Positions 37,481-47,770 of a stretch of 64,000 bases of DNA are shown one piece after another. The DNA is from a virus. Taxonomy: Duplodnaviria; Caudoviricetes. The stretch is taken from positions 1 through 64,000 of the IMG/VR virus record IMGVR_UViG_2687453321_000002; one strand, written 5' to 3'. Position 1 is the stretch's first letter. Each line of letters starts with the position of its first letter. The position numbers and the translations under genes were made by a program. Under the pieces are notes generated by a model. That model had not been told where the DNA came from. It saw only the letters and a list, made by a program, of their open reading frames with translations, and made no database searches.

Positions 37481-38196
37481 TGGCTATTACCGGGCTGTTT
37501 ACCAAAAACAGGCCGAAGATCGGCAGTCTTTATTTCGACGCGCTTTTAAAGGAGAGCACCGAACTTCGGACCGATGTCAGTGAATACCCCCTCGAAACCG
37601 CGGCTACCGCACACGATAACGCCGTCACGCGCTCGTTAGCAATAACGATGGAGATCGGCGTATCAGATAACTGGTATCGCGGGCTTATCGCGCAGCAAGA
37701 AGAGATGGCGCAGCCCTTTGTTGATATTGGTGGTGGGCTGACAGTGGGTGTGGCGTCTTCTTTGCTATCAGGACGAACGGCAGCCTTGGCAGGGGTAGCA
37801 GCAAGTGTGGGGCTGGCGGTTTATCAGGGAAACCAGCAGACGACGCGCTCTCAGGGACTTCTTGAACAGTTGCGAACCATCCAGCGCAATCACGAGACAT
37901 TCGATCTTGTTGCCAGCAAGGGGGCGTCTTACAAAAATTGTATTATCACCAACACCCGAACTGAGACAGAGATGAATACTGAGGGCGGATTGATTATCGC
38001 GGTCGATATCCTTCAGCTCACGATCATTCACGACACAGTGGCTGAGACGAACGCAAATTTACCCTATGGTGATTCATCGGCAACGCAGGGACAGCGTGAA
38101 TTGTCAGGTGGCGAGGTTGTTGTTTCGGAGGTTAAAAGTGAATCTATCCCTCTCCCAGAACGGCCAGGGAACATTTCTGTCAATTCCGCTCAGTAG
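37480..38196 (+). CDS. Baseplate/tail initiator protein
   Basis: FDALLKES..VSEYPLE; synteny. Confidence 0.7.
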   Translation: MAITGLFTKNRPKIGSLYFDALLKESTELRTDVSEYPLETAATAHDNAVTRSLAITMEIGVSDNWYRGLIAQQEEMAQPFVDIGGGLTVGVASSLLSGRTAALAGVAASVGLAVYQGNQQTTRSQGLLEQLRTIQRNHETFDLVASKGASYKNCIITNTRTETEMNTEGGLIIAVDILQLTIIHDTVAETNANLPYGDSSATQGQRELSGGEVVVSEVKSESIPLPERPGNISVNSAQ

Positions 38197-38461
38197 TGGC
38201 TATGCCTTCCAACGGTTTCGCGTTCAGTTGGGGTCGCATTACTTGGTTTTTCGCCTGCGGTGGCTAACCCGATTTCATTATTTTTGCGTTGATATTTATG
38301 AGAATGGGGAGCCTGTGGTTCTTGGGCGGGCATTACATCCTGATGTGAATCTCTTGGCTGGATTGAACACGGATATTGGAAAATTATATCTGCGTGGTGA
38401 AAGCCCAACAGTTGGCAATCTTGGTGTAACCAATAAATTGGAATGGGTGGCAAATGAGTAA
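38138..38461 (+). CDS. Baseplate plug protein
   Basis: GTG start with GGAGG SD; synteny. Confidence 0.6.
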   Translation: MNLSLSQNGQGTFLSIPLSSGYAFQRFRVQLGSHYLVFRLRWLTRFHYFCVDIYENGEPVVLGRALHPDVNLLAGLNTDIGKLYLRGESPTVGNLGVTNKLEWVANE

Positions 38462-39350
38462 ATATTTTGACCGCCGTTACCATCTGGAAATTATTACAAC
38501 CAGTGGTGAAGTGCTGACGTATGAGCCCCCCATAGAAATTCGCTTTCTGGTTGATAATTTCCCTCAGCATACTAATGCAACGGCTGGTATAACGATTTAT
38601 GGCATTTCTTCACGTACCCGTGAATTAATCCAGTTGCGCGATGATGCTAATAATCACTATGGAAGGGTCGTGTTAAAAGCCGGGTATGGTGAAAATGTCG
38701 GGGTGATATTTACAGGGAGAATAAACAGCGTCCAAGTGGCAAAAGACGGTGTTAGCACCTGCATTAAGTTGTTCTGCTCAGCAACGGCAACAGAATGGGA
38801 TGCTGTGTCATATCGAGCCTGGGGGGATAATACGCCTTATCAGGATGTGATCCGTGATATTGCCGAAGGGTTGGGGGCACCGGTCGAGTTCGTGGGGGAT
38901 TTTTCAGACCTGCCAATGCTTACCCGTGGAAGAAATGCCGGTGGGAAATTATGCCGCGCTTTATTAGATGACTTGAAGTCTTTCTTTGGTTTCTGGTGGC
39001 TACATACGCCGACACGAACAATCATCATCCGTGACGGCGCGTCACGAGACTGGGTTGAACATGATGTTTCTGCATTGAATGGGATGGAGGGCGTGCCCCG
39101 CTGGTATACAAACTCATTGGAAGTTGATGTGAAACTGAATTTCCAGCTCCAGCCAGGCGATGTAATGAATGTTACATCTCGTTTTTGGACAATTAATTTC
39201 AGTGGTGCTTACTTCACTGATTTGCAGAATTTAGCCGACAAACAGAGAAAAACAGGGAAATTCACTATCCTCAGGACGGCTCATGAAGGGGCTTTGTGGG
39301 GGAATGTTTGGAAAACAACGGCAGTCTGTCTTTGGCGGGGGGATGTATGA
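38454..39350 (+). CDS. Baseplate hub protein
   Basis: LKAGY..IFTG; synteny. Confidence 0.75.
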   Translation: MSKYFDRRYHLEIITTSGEVLTYEPPIEIRFLVDNFPQHTNATAGITIYGISSRTRELIQLRDDANNHYGRVVLKAGYGENVGVIFTGRINSVQVAKDGVSTCIKLFCSATATEWDAVSYRAWGDNTPYQDVIRDIAEGLGAPVEFVGDFSDLPMLTRGRNAGGKLCRALLDDLKSFFGFWWLHTPTRTIIIRDGASRDWVEHDVSALNGMEGVPRWYTNSLEVDVKLNFQLQPGDVMNVTSRFWTINFSGAYFTDLQNLADKQRKTGKFTILRTAHEGALWGNVWKTTAVCLWRGDV

Positions 39351-39949
39351 AGGATTCAAACCCATTTTTGACAATGTTAAAGGGATTGCGGCCCCGTCTG
39401 CTTTGGGACTTGATGATCTGTTTGCCGGGAAAAGTGATTGATTACGATCCCGACCTTCAGCGTGCTGTGGTGGAGTGCGGTATTCAGCGGCACGAAGGAA
39501 GCGGTGAATTTAAAACACTGCCAGAGATCCGCCATGTACCCGTTCAATTCTCCGGCTCTGCCGTCTGGTCCGTCTTTCATGAGTTACCGGAAGGAACGGA
39601 AGGTTTAATTCATTTTTCTCAACGATCGGTTGACTACTGGCTGGAGCAGGGCGGGCCTGTGCGGCCACTGGATGCGCGGATGTTTGACGCAACAGACGCT
39701 TTTTTTGCACCCGGTTATCGCTCGCGAGCCACATGTATATCGGGGTTGCCTACCGAAGGTATAGGAATGAGCAACGCCAGCGGGACGGTACGGCTTCACC
39801 TTACCGATGAGGGCGTTGAGCTGATGGCCGAGGGGCAAAAGCTATCTCTGTCCCCTGAGGGGCTCCGGCACAATGGTGTGAACATTGGTGCGACGCATAC
39901 ACATAGTGGGGTTGAGAACGGTGGTGGGAAGACTGACGAACCGGAATAA
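39347..39949 (+). CDS. Baseplate spike (Gp138 family)
   Basis: C-terminal HTHSGV metal-binding tip. Confidence 0.85.
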   Translation: MKDSNPFLTMLKGLRPRLLWDLMICLPGKVIDYDPDLQRAVVECGIQRHEGSGEFKTLPEIRHVPVQFSGSAVWSVFHELPEGTEGLIHFSQRSVDYWLEQGGPVRPLDARMFDATDAFFAPGYRSRATCISGLPTEGIGMSNASGTVRLHLTDEGVELMAEGQKLSLSPEGLRHNGVNIGATHTHSGVENGGGKTDEPE

Positions 39950-39964
39950 CAAAGGGGGAACAGA

Positions 39965-40312
39965 GTGATCCGCAATTTTACTGATGGCGACATCGTGACG
40001 AGTGGTGATCACTTCGTTACCGGTAAGACCGAAACACAACAGGCCTGCATTTGCAGGCTTCGTCTTTTTCTGGGGGAGTATTTTTTGGATGCGACCGATG
40101 GCACGCCGTGGTTCCAGAGCATCCTGGGCAAGAGCGCGCGGGATATTGCCGAGGCCAATATCAAGCAGCGTATTCTCTCCACGCGTGGCGTGATGGCGCT
40201 AAATACCTTCGAGATGGACAGCGACACGAAAAAACGCAAATTCACGGTATCGGCCACGCTGACCGATATCAACAACGAACAGTTTGAGTTCCTGTTTGAG
40301 AAGGAGCTGTAA
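39965..40312 (+). CDS. Baseplate wedge protein
   Basis: RLRLFLGEYFLD..GTPW. Confidence 0.75.
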   Translation: MIRNFTDGDIVTSGDHFVTGKTETQQACICRLRLFLGEYFLDATDGTPWFQSILGKSARDIAEANIKQRILSTRGVMALNTFEMDSDTKKRKFTVSATLTDINNEQFEFLFEKEL

Positions 40313-41517
40313 TGGCTGAAATCACAAAGTACGGGGTCACGGGTAAAACCCTGCAAGAGTACAAGGATGAAGTGAGTGAAAAGTACCTTGCCATAGACAG
40401 TGCCTGGAACATCGACCCGGAATCCCCGGACGGTATGGCAATTGCTGCCTGGTCCGAACTGCTGGCCAATCTTGATGAAGAGGTGGTGAACAGCTACCAC
40501 TCTGTGGATCCGAACTCGGCTATCGGACAGCAGCTTGACCGCATCGCTGCGTTTGCCGGCATTCAACGCCAGCCGGAAAGCTTCTCGACCGATGTGGTGG
40601 AGTTTGAAGGGGATGGCCTGATAGAAGTACCGGCGGGGACAAAGGTGCGGCATCGTGTTACAGGCACCGTGTGGGCGACGGATGCCAATGTTATCACCGA
40701 TACCAGCGGCAGGGCATCGGTCAGCGTCACCTGCACATCAGCGGGGGCACAGGGGGCGAACCCCGGCACGTTGACCATTATCGCGACGCCCGTTGCACGG
40801 ATACGCGCTGTGACGAATACGCAGGGCGCCAGCCTGGGTAAGGCGGAAGAAAGCAACAATGCGTTTCGTGTGCGTCGCACTTACTCCGTCGCTTTGCCTG
40901 GCAATAACCAAATCGACAACATCAAGGCGGCGCTGGACAACGTGACGGGCGTTAAACAGTCACTGGTGCATGAGAACGTCGAGAGCGAAACGGATGAGCA
41001 TGGCGTTTACGGCCACAGCATGGCGATATTTATCGATGGTGGTGAGACGAGCGACATTGTGTTGGCGATGGCCACACACAAGAATCCAGGCTGTGGTTTG
41101 AATCGCTACAACACCTTCCCTAACAAAATCAGCGTGGATACGTTTACCCCGAAGGGGCAACCGGTAAACATCACGTTTTACCGCCCGGAATATGTGGCGA
41201 TTTATGTACAGGTAGATATTAAAACCAGTACGCTGGGCGAAGATGAAAAAGCGCTGATTAAAGCCGCCATTGTCGATTACACGTTGGTGGGATTTGATGA
41301 AACAACGGGGTTTGCCAAGCAAGGGTTTCGTATTGGTGAGGCATTGGCAGCGGGGCGGCTTTATACGCCGACGAACTACTTTGTCGGTGGCGATGACTAT
41401 GTGAGTAACATCGCAATCGGCACCAGTGAAAGTGACATCACTAAGAGCGTCATTCCTGTCACGTTTAATCAACTGGGTGTGTTCAGCGTGGAAAATATTA
41501 AGATAAATTATGTCTGA
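40312..41517 (+). CDS. Baseplate J-like protein
   Basis: AIGQQLD, EESNNAFR. Confidence 0.88.
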   Translation: MAEITKYGVTGKTLQEYKDEVSEKYLAIDSAWNIDPESPDGMAIAAWSELLANLDEEVVNSYHSVDPNSAIGQQLDRIAAFAGIQRQPESFSTDVVEFEGDGLIEVPAGTKVRHRVTGTVWATDANVITDTSGRASVSVTCTSAGAQGANPGTLTIIATPVARIRAVTNTQGASLGKAEESNNAFRVRRTYSVALPGNNQIDNIKAALDNVTGVKQSLVHENVESETDEHGVYGHSMAIFIDGGETSDIVLAMATHKNPGCGLNRYNTFPNKISVDTFTPKGQPVNITFYRPEYVAIYVQVDIKTSTLGEDEKALIKAAIVDYTLVGFDETTGFAKQGFRIGEALAAGRLYTPTNYFVGGDDYVSNIAIGTSESDITKSVIPVTFNQLGVFSVENIKINYV

Positions 41518-42370
41518 ATTTAAAAGCAAGGCATTAAGTCGCATTTATTGGCAATATAAAAATGCGCCTAAATTAATTCAGTGGATCCTAACGCTGCCCG
41601 ATATTGTGCAAAGTAATATCGTTGAGCAGGTCGAGAAAATCCGCAATATTCTTGACATTGATAAAGCAGAAGGGGAACAGCTCAATATTTGCGGCCGCAT
41701 TGCCGGCTACCGCAAACGACCTGTGGGGCGATTTTATCCTGGGTGCGTCGTGGCTGAGGTAGACGACGTGCTTTATCGGAAAATGATTAAAGCGAAAATC
41801 TGCAAAAATAACGGGATTGCCACGATTGACGATGTTAAAGCAGCGGCGGATTACATTCTCGACGTGGATGTTACGGTCCTCGACGCACAGGACATGACGA
41901 TGCGGCTTGTCTGGCAGGATGATAGCGTCAGTATCGCTGTGCAGCAGCTGGTGGCCGATTATGACCTTATTCCCCGTCCTCAGGGGGTTGGGATGCGTAA
42001 GCACCGCGTCGTCAAATACAAGCCGTTTGGCTTCGGTATCCACAATGCCAATTTTAACCGTGCGCCGTTCTGGTACGGTGATGGCACGCCTCCCGTCAAT
42101 TATGATGCCACCATTACATTAGCGTGGGCGGATGGGGTACTCACCGGCCAGCTGAAAGCAAACGTGCTTGATGTCTCCGAGCAGGACGTGACGGTCATTA
42201 TTACAGGGGATGATGGCGCACCCTATGTCCGGTATGCGGTAACCGATGTATCGGGTCATTTCACCGTAGAAAATATCACTCCGCCGGCGACGATCATTGC
42301 CCGCGCTTTGCTCATCGCTCTGGATTGCCAGGCGATCGAACTTGAGTCTGAACCGCTGAAAATTAACTGA
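41510..42370 (+). CDS. DUF2612 baseplate wedge protein
   Basis: QYKNAPKL, AEGEQL..GRI, PRPQGV. Confidence 0.82.
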   Translation: MSEFKSKALSRIYWQYKNAPKLIQWILTLPDIVQSNIVEQVEKIRNILDIDKAEGEQLNICGRIAGYRKRPVGRFYPGCVVAEVDDVLYRKMIKAKICKNNGIATIDDVKAAADYILDVDVTVLDAQDMTMRLVWQDDSVSIAVQQLVADYDLIPRPQGVGMRKHRVVKYKPFGFGIHNANFNRAPFWYGDGTPPVNYDATITLAWADGVLTGQLKANVLDVSEQDVTVIITGDDGAPYVRYAVTDVSGHFTVENITPPATIIARALLIALDCQAIELESEPLKIN

Positions 42371-42382
42371 TCTGGAGTAAAT

Positions 42383-43345
42383 ATGGCGAATAAAAAACTC
42401 CCCTCTGGCCGCAAGTCCGGGGGGCGCTCTGCTGCGTCGAAAATGAACCGTGTGGCGATTAAATCAGATGCAACCGGTGTCATGATTTCTGACCTTCCTA
42501 TTGCAGATGCGTTGACCGGTGCAGAGCTATTCCCCGTTGTTCAGGCAGGGGAAACCCGGAAAGCAGATATTGAACAAATTACTGCCCTCATTCCTTCGGG
42601 CGCGGATGGTAAAGATGGCTCTCCAGGAGAGGTCGGCCCTCAGGGGGAAAAAGGTGAAACCGGTGACGTTGGGCCTCAGGGACCACAAGGTGAGAAAGGT
42701 GACAAGGGAGATATCGGTCCAGTCGGTCCGGCAGGTAAAGATGGCGCTGACGGTTCTCCGGGAGAGAAAGGCGAAAAAGGTGATGCTGGACCACAAGGTG
42801 AGGTTGGGCCGAAGGGCGATAAGGGCGATCCTGGACCGGAAGAACTTACGTTATCTCCTGGCTCTGGACAACGCAATCTACTTGAGCGTCAGGGAGACGG
42901 ATATAAAGTTGATGCCATGCGGGCTATCATTCCTAAATTCGGTCCAGAGTACAAAACTCTTCCTCTGTCGAAGTTGGTAAAAACATTTCCGAATGGTTCG
43001 GTTCTTTATCGCATGGAGAACAAAGTAATAAATCAGCTTCGATATAAATCGCTTGCTGGCTTACCTATCCCTGTCTCCGTGGACACCCGATTGCAACAAT
43101 ATTTCCTGGACAAAGAGGGGAACGTTATTACGGTTCAGGCCATGTCGACATATGATGTGCTGGATAAGGATTTTATTTCAGTAGTCACGTCGGTATTTAT
43201 GAGTGCGGCACCCGATAAGGCATTCAACTTAAAAGATGATACACCATACCCAGATACCGGTCAGTTAGAAAAATTTAGCGTATATCTCTATGTGCTCATC
43301 GGTAGCACGCTTGCGCAAAACGGTATTGATATTCAGATCCCGTGA
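42383..43345 (+). CDS. Collagen-like fibre protein
   Basis: [18 protein letters not shown]-domain followed by a long G-X-Y run. Confidence 0.8.
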   Translation: MANKKLPSGRKSGGRSAASKMNRVAIKSDATGVMISDLPIADALTGAELFPVVQAGETRKADIEQITALIPSGADGKDGSPGEVGPQGEKGETGDVGPQGPQGEKGDKGDIGPVGPAGKDGADGSPGEKGEKGDAGPQGEVGPKGDKGDPGPEELTLSPGSGQRNLLERQGDGYKVDAMRAIIPKFGPEYKTLPLSKLVKTFPNGSVLYRMENKVINQLRYKSLAGLPIPVSVDTRLQQYFLDKEGNVITVQAMSTYDVLDKDFISVVTSVFMSAAPDKAFNLKDDTPYPDTGQLEKFSVYLYVLIGSTLAQNGIDIQIP

Positions 43346-43515
43346 GTTAGAGAAATTTAGTGTGTATTTTTATGTGCTTGCCGGAGGTGCACTTAAAAAT
43401 TGATTTTGAATAATTTTACCTGTCGCTGACACAACAGTGATGAATTTCCATTTCATTTGCATGGTTATATCGTGGGTTTCGCCAATTACGGCGAAATTTC
43501 AATATGGAGATTATT

Positions 43516-44052
43516 ATGTTTGCAAAGAAATTAATGACAGTTTCACTTATCTCTCTGGGAATGGTCAGTTCTGTTTGTGTTGCAGCTGACCAGGGGCATG
43601 GTAAGGCAACGATGGTTGGGAGTATTGTAAGCACACAGGCTTCTTGCTCCATCTCGCCAGAAAGTGTCGATCAAACGATCGACCTGGGTCAAATTGCCGA
43701 TACAGTTTTGCTGGAAGCAAATGGTTCAGGCAAGTCTACACCTCGTAGCTTTGCAATTAACCTTGAGAATTGCGAAGTCGGCGCGGGAAGTAGTGTAAGT
43801 GTCACCTTCTCTGGAATGGAAGGAAAGGATGGGCGGCTGGGTATTTCGGGGACGGCCAGTGGTGCCAGTATTGCGTTTACTGATGGCACTGGAGAGGTGA
43901 TTAAGCTGGGGCAGCCAAGCAAAAGCTTCTCTCTCCAGAATGGAAACAACATCCTACCTTTTGCCGTTTATCTCCAGGGGGATGGTGTGCCGGGAAACAT
44001 TAAACCGGGTGATTATCATGCCGTGGCCGATTTTACGCTCAGCTATCAATAA
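43516..44052 (+). CDS. Orphan chaperone-usher fimbrial major subunit (SmfA/PapA-like)
   Basis: Signal peptide; ADQGHGK, CSISPES.DQT..LGQI, F.I.LENC, C-terminal ADFTLSYQ with penultimate Tyr. Confidence 0.9.
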   Translation: MFAKKLMTVSLISLGMVSSVCVAADQGHGKATMVGSIVSTQASCSISPESVDQTIDLGQIADTVLLEANGSGKSTPRSFAINLENCEVGAGSSVSVTFSGMEGKDGRLGISGTASGASIAFTDGTGEVIKLGQPSKSFSLQNGNNILPFAVYLQGDGVPGNIKPGDYHAVADFTLSYQ

Positions 44053-44077
44053 CACCATTATTTAACCATTAAGTGCC

Positions 44078-44107
44078 AAGGCAACTGTATATGCAGTTGC
44101 CTTTTTT
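44078..44107 (+). terminator. Terminator of fimbrial moron
   Basis: AAGGCAACTG..CAGTTGCCTT-TTTT. Confidence 0.7.
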
Positions 44108-44121
44108 ATTTGGAGAATGCG

Positions 44122-46104
44122 ATGGACCAGAAGTTTTTCCGTATCCCCTTCGCCAGTGCAGGTGATAAGCAACAAATTCCCGACGATAAAAATGCAGAAG
44201 GTTATGTCAGCTTTGTCGAGGGATGGGGCGAGGATTACCAAAAAGACCTGATGAGCGATGCGAATGCCAAGGAGGTAGAGCGTGACGTGATGAACGGTAT
44301 TCTGAATGCCATCACTGTTGCGCTGAGGCAGTATCAAACAGACAGCTTCCCCGAATGGATCACGCCGGCGAATAACGGCGGTACAGCGTACCCCTATGGC
44401 GTGGGCGTTGTTGTTCGTCATCGCCAGGGCAACGGGGCATTCATCTCGTATGTTTCTCTGACGGATAACAACACGACTGAGCCAGGTACAAAAGATGCTA
44501 AATGGCAGGCATTTATTTATCGCCGCGCCACGCAAGATGAAGCAGATGCGGGTAAAGATGGTTCATTGATTATTACGCCCCCAACGCTTCAACAGTCGAT
44601 CAAAAATGCTCTTGGCGACATAACCACTGAGCTGGCGCCATTCCTGCTGCCGGTTGGCATCATTGCCGCGTGGGGTAGCCCTGTGCCCCCAGATGGATGG
44701 ATTGAGGCAAACGGTCAGGCTTTTGACGTAGTGAAGAACCCTAAACTTCATGCAGTATACCCCTCTGGACAAGTCCCTGACTTACGCGGTCGATTCATTC
44801 GTGGATGGGCGCACGGTTCGGGTGAAGACCCAGATCCAGGCCGCGGGGTTACGAGCTATCAAGATCAGAGCGACCTTACGCACTATCACCATGTTGGCCG
44901 ATTCGGCAACAACTGGGGGCCAGATTCGGACGATGGCTATTTTCCGCAGCGTAAAGAGGAAAATGCGTGGGAGGGAGAATCATACCGGGGCCGCGCGATT
45001 TGCGGGGATAAGCAGTCGATTTTAGAAGCACAAATCCCTCAAGGGCTGACTGGTCCAGCATCGCGAACTTTCTCAACGAGTAATCAGCGATACCTTGCAA
45101 CCGGGGAAGTATCGACTCAGCCCGACGTCCATCCGAAAAATATAGCGCTGATGTATATCGTTAAGACCGATCAGGCTGACAACATCGCACCTGAACCGAC
45201 ACCGACAAACATCGTTGTTACGCCATCGATGCTTAGTATTGGCGTTGGGGAGACTCAAAAATTTACGGCGCAGGTGTTCCCGACAGATATTGCTGAAAAA
45301 TTCCCAGTATCGTGGCTTAGTACAAACACCGCCGTGGCCACTATCGACAGCAAAGGACTTCTAAAAGCTGTTGGGCCAGGGAGTGCAGACATAATTGCCA
45401 GCGTTAGCTCGGGACTTAGCGTGCGCGTATCCGTTCAAGTTAACATCTTGCTGACGAATATCACGATGGGAGCGATCCCTGATATGGTCGCCGGTGATAC
45501 TTACCGGCTTGTGATCGCAAAAACACCATCGAACGCAACCGAACCGTTGATCTATTCATCTACCGATGCAGCAGTAGCCAGCGCAAGCGGAGATGGTCAG
45601 TTGACAGCTGCCGGGGAAGGTACTGCTACGATAACCGTCGAAGGGGCTCTGTCTGGTAAAAGTGCAAGCCGAGTTGTTAAAGTCACGGCAGCCCCAGTGG
45701 TTTCTGAGTTTTTGGCTATCAAAAACAACCTCTCAGAAATCGCTGACGCAGGAAAAAAAGCACAGGAAGCATCGCAGAAAAATCTTGGGTTGGGGAAATT
45801 GGCGACCAAAGATGCGATCACTGCGAAGGATGCCGGTGCAGTTCCTGTGGCCGATAAAACTATGCCAGCAGGCACGAATTTAAACGCTATAACTGAACCT
45901 GGCGAATACTTCCAGAACGTGACCAGCAACGCCACGCTGGCCCTAAACTACCCAGAGGCTGTGGCTGGCGCATTAAAGGTGTATCGAACCGGGGTTGATG
46001 CTGGTGCGTGCCGCCAAGTGTATATGCCGTACAACTCAACGGTTGAGCACCGGCGCTATGCATTCGGCGATCCGCTGGTGTTCTCTGCATGGAAGGCGTA
46101 TTGA
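44122..46104 (+). CDS. Tail fibre with tail-collar and Ig-like (Big_2) domains
   Basis: PVGIIAAW..PDLRGRFIRG collar; WLSTNTAVATID and YSSTDAAVASAS Ig repeats. Confidence 0.88.
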   Translation: MDQKFFRIPFASAGDKQQIPDDKNAEGYVSFVEGWGEDYQKDLMSDANAKEVERDVMNGILNAITVALRQYQTDSFPEWITPANNGGTAYPYGVGVVVRHRQGNGAFISYVSLTDNNTTEPGTKDAKWQAFIYRRATQDEADAGKDGSLIITPPTLQQSIKNALGDITTELAPFLLPVGIIAAWGSPVPPDGWIEANGQAFDVVKNPKLHAVYPSGQVPDLRGRFIRGWAHGSGEDPDPGRGVTSYQDQSDLTHYHHVGRFGNNWGPDSDDGYFPQRKEENAWEGESYRGRAICGDKQSILEAQIPQGLTGPASRTFSTSNQRYLATGEVSTQPDVHPKNIALMYIVKTDQADNIAPEPTPTNIVVTPSMLSIGVGETQKFTAQVFPTDIAEKFPVSWLSTNTAVATIDSKGLLKAVGPGSADIIASVSSGLSVRVSVQVNILLTNITMGAIPDMVAGDTYRLVIAKTPSNATEPLIYSSTDAAVASASGDGQLTAAGEGTATITVEGALSGKSASRVVKVTAAPVVSEFLAIKNNLSEIADAGKKAQEASQKNLGLGKLATKDAITAKDAGAVPVADKTMPAGTNLNAITEPGEYFQNVTSNATLALNYPEAVAGALKVYRTGVDAGACRQVYMPYNSTVEHRRYAFGDPLVFSAWKAY

Positions 46105-46137
46105 TGAAGATGGCCGGCATTTGTCGGCCTGGTACCA

Positions 46138-46353
46138 TCAATAACCTCGTAGCTTTTTGATGAGTGTGTCGCCGAGCCAGCAAATGAGACAAAATATTGC
46201 TATTGTCGATAAAATGGCGATGACACGTTGAGTTATCGTGTCGAAGCTAAAGAAGAAATAGATACACAATAAGAATCCAGCCCCCCCTATTAACTGATAG
46301 AAAAACTCAAAGAAAAAAGAAAGTATGCGAATATGGATGCTATCTTTTCTCAT
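46138..46353 (-). CDS. Small two-TM protein
   Basis: Two hydrophobic helices; coupled to 46350-46997. Confidence 0.65.
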   Translation of the reverse strand: MRKDSIHIRILSFFFEFFYQLIGGAGFLLCIYFFFSFDTITQRVIAILSTIAIFCLICWLGDTLIKKLRGY

Positions 46354-46997
46354 TTCATTTTTTCCTCAATGTTTTGCAGCAATCTACTAAACGCTGCATC
46401 ACCTTGGTTTTTACGTACAGCCAAAGCATCGATGAACGGATCAACATAGGGTTGCACTAAAAAGTAGATGAAATCCAAGTTTCCTGCACTTCTAAGCTTG
46501 TAGTAAACAGCGCTATGCGTACGTTCGAGACCGATTGATTTGTATATGCTTCGTTCTATCATACCGCCAGCCATCAGCGTGAAGCTCGTAGCAACGCCTG
46601 CACCTCGAGTAATCATGGCTGCACCGCCTGCAGATATTATGCTGTTCACTATTCTTGATGAAATCAGGGAGGTGGTAAGCATTCGGCCAGCGGAAGAGGA
46701 GCCCACGCTTCTAAATATTTTGTCTTGCGTATTTTTTGGAACGTAAGCGGCGAATGCATCAATGATGATTTTTGTCGTTCTGATGACGTGATGATAGTTC
46801 AATAAACCGGACTTCATTGCCCTCATCATGCGAATGCGTTCGTCTTCCATCTTCCTACGATTGCTTGTGTCAAAAATGCCTAGGGCTAGATAGCCAAGAT
46901 CAACAGGTACTGACATTGCACCATCAAGCAACCCCACAACTGTTTCTGGGGAGACAATCACTTTTACTATCCGTTCCACTATCTCTGTGTTGTTCAC
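46350..46997 (-). CDS. Hypothetical membrane-associated protein
   Basis: Gly/Ala-rich hydrophobic hairpin. Confidence 0.65.
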   Translation of the reverse strand: MNNTEIVERIVKVIVSPETVVGLLDGAMSVPVDLGYLALGIFDTSNRRKMEDERIRMMRAMKSGLLNYHHVIRTTKIIIDAFAAYVPKNTQDKIFRSVGSSSAGRMLTTSLISSRIVNSIISAGGAAMITRGAGVATSFTLMAGGMIERSIYKSIGLERTHSAVYYKLRSAGNLDFIYFLVQPYVDPFIDALAVRKNQGDAAFSRLLQNIEEKMK

Positions 46998-47106
46998 TTT
47001 CGTCCCTCGAAATTTTTATGGTTGTAACATAACGGACGTGGGGACATGTTTCAATGTTTGGTCAGTGTGGTAGTCTGTTCGAAAATTATGCTATGGAGGT
47101 CTGGAC

Positions 47107-47301
47107 ATGGAAATCAACGAAGAACGAGCAGTGTTTATAGCCAACGAGATCGGTGCCGCGGTTATCGACCTAATCGCAAATGGTATGGATGTGAACCGCC
47201 CTAACATTGCTGACTCTCTTGAGATGAAGCGTAAGATTGTCGGCAACACGCTATACAAGGGCGTATTGCGGGATGCAGCTGCATTAGTCCGTGAAAAATA
47301 A
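47107..47301 (+). CDS. Small hypothetical protein at prophage end
   Basis: SD GGAGG; 64 aa. Confidence 0.6.
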   Translation: MEINEERAVFIANEIGAAVIDLIANGMDVNRPNIADSLEMKRKIVGNTLYKGVLRDAAALVREK

Positions 47302-47481
47302 CAATGACCGGTCACCATTTTTTGCCGGTTGCCTACTTTGACGCTGGGGCGGTTCGTTCTGCAAAACTCAACTGAAACCACCATGAATAAAGGTCCATTA
47401 AACACGATTCGCTTGAAATGCCACAATCTGGAGTTGTGATATTTATATATATAATTCAGTTGGTTAATTTTGACATCGTAT

Positions 47482-47649
47482 GTGCTGCTGCGCCACATGG
47501 GCTGGTTCGAAGCGGCTAACCTGATCGTTAAGGGCATGGAAGGTGCTATCGCTGCCAAGACCGTGACCTATGACTTCGAACGCCTGATGGAAGGCGCTAA
47601 GCTGTTGAAATGTTCATGGTTTGGCGACGCTATCGTAGAGCATATGTGA
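47482..47649 (+). pseudogene. icd: Duplicated 3' end of isocitrate dehydrogenase (icdC-like), att junction
   Basis: Translates [54 protein letters not shown]; contains the e14/phage 21-type core TGCTGCGCCA. Confidence 0.93.
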
Positions 47650-47718
47650 TATAGTAACGAGTGAAATTAATAACGGGAGCTAAATGCTTCCGTTGCTTTA
47701 TTATTCAACTTGGATTTT

Positions 47719-47752
47719 TTATCAAAACATTATCAAAACGTTTTATCAAAAC
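47719..47752 (+). repeat. Integrase arm-type sites (3x TTATCAAAAC)
   Basis: Direct repeats at 47719, 47730 and 47743 between att core and int. Confidence 0.7.
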
Positions 47753-47770
47753 CCCCTCCAAATTCTCTCT

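Noticed and set aside
42600-42842. Nucleotide repeat region
   Set aside because: Explained by collagen G-X-Y coding
44082-44100. LexA box (CTGTATATGCAG)
   Set aside because: Spacing is not CTG-N10-CAG; it is the stem-loop of a terminator
44122-47301. Tail-fibre diversification system (DGR or invertible segment)
   Set aside because: No reverse transcriptase, invertase, template repeat or inverted crossover sites seen
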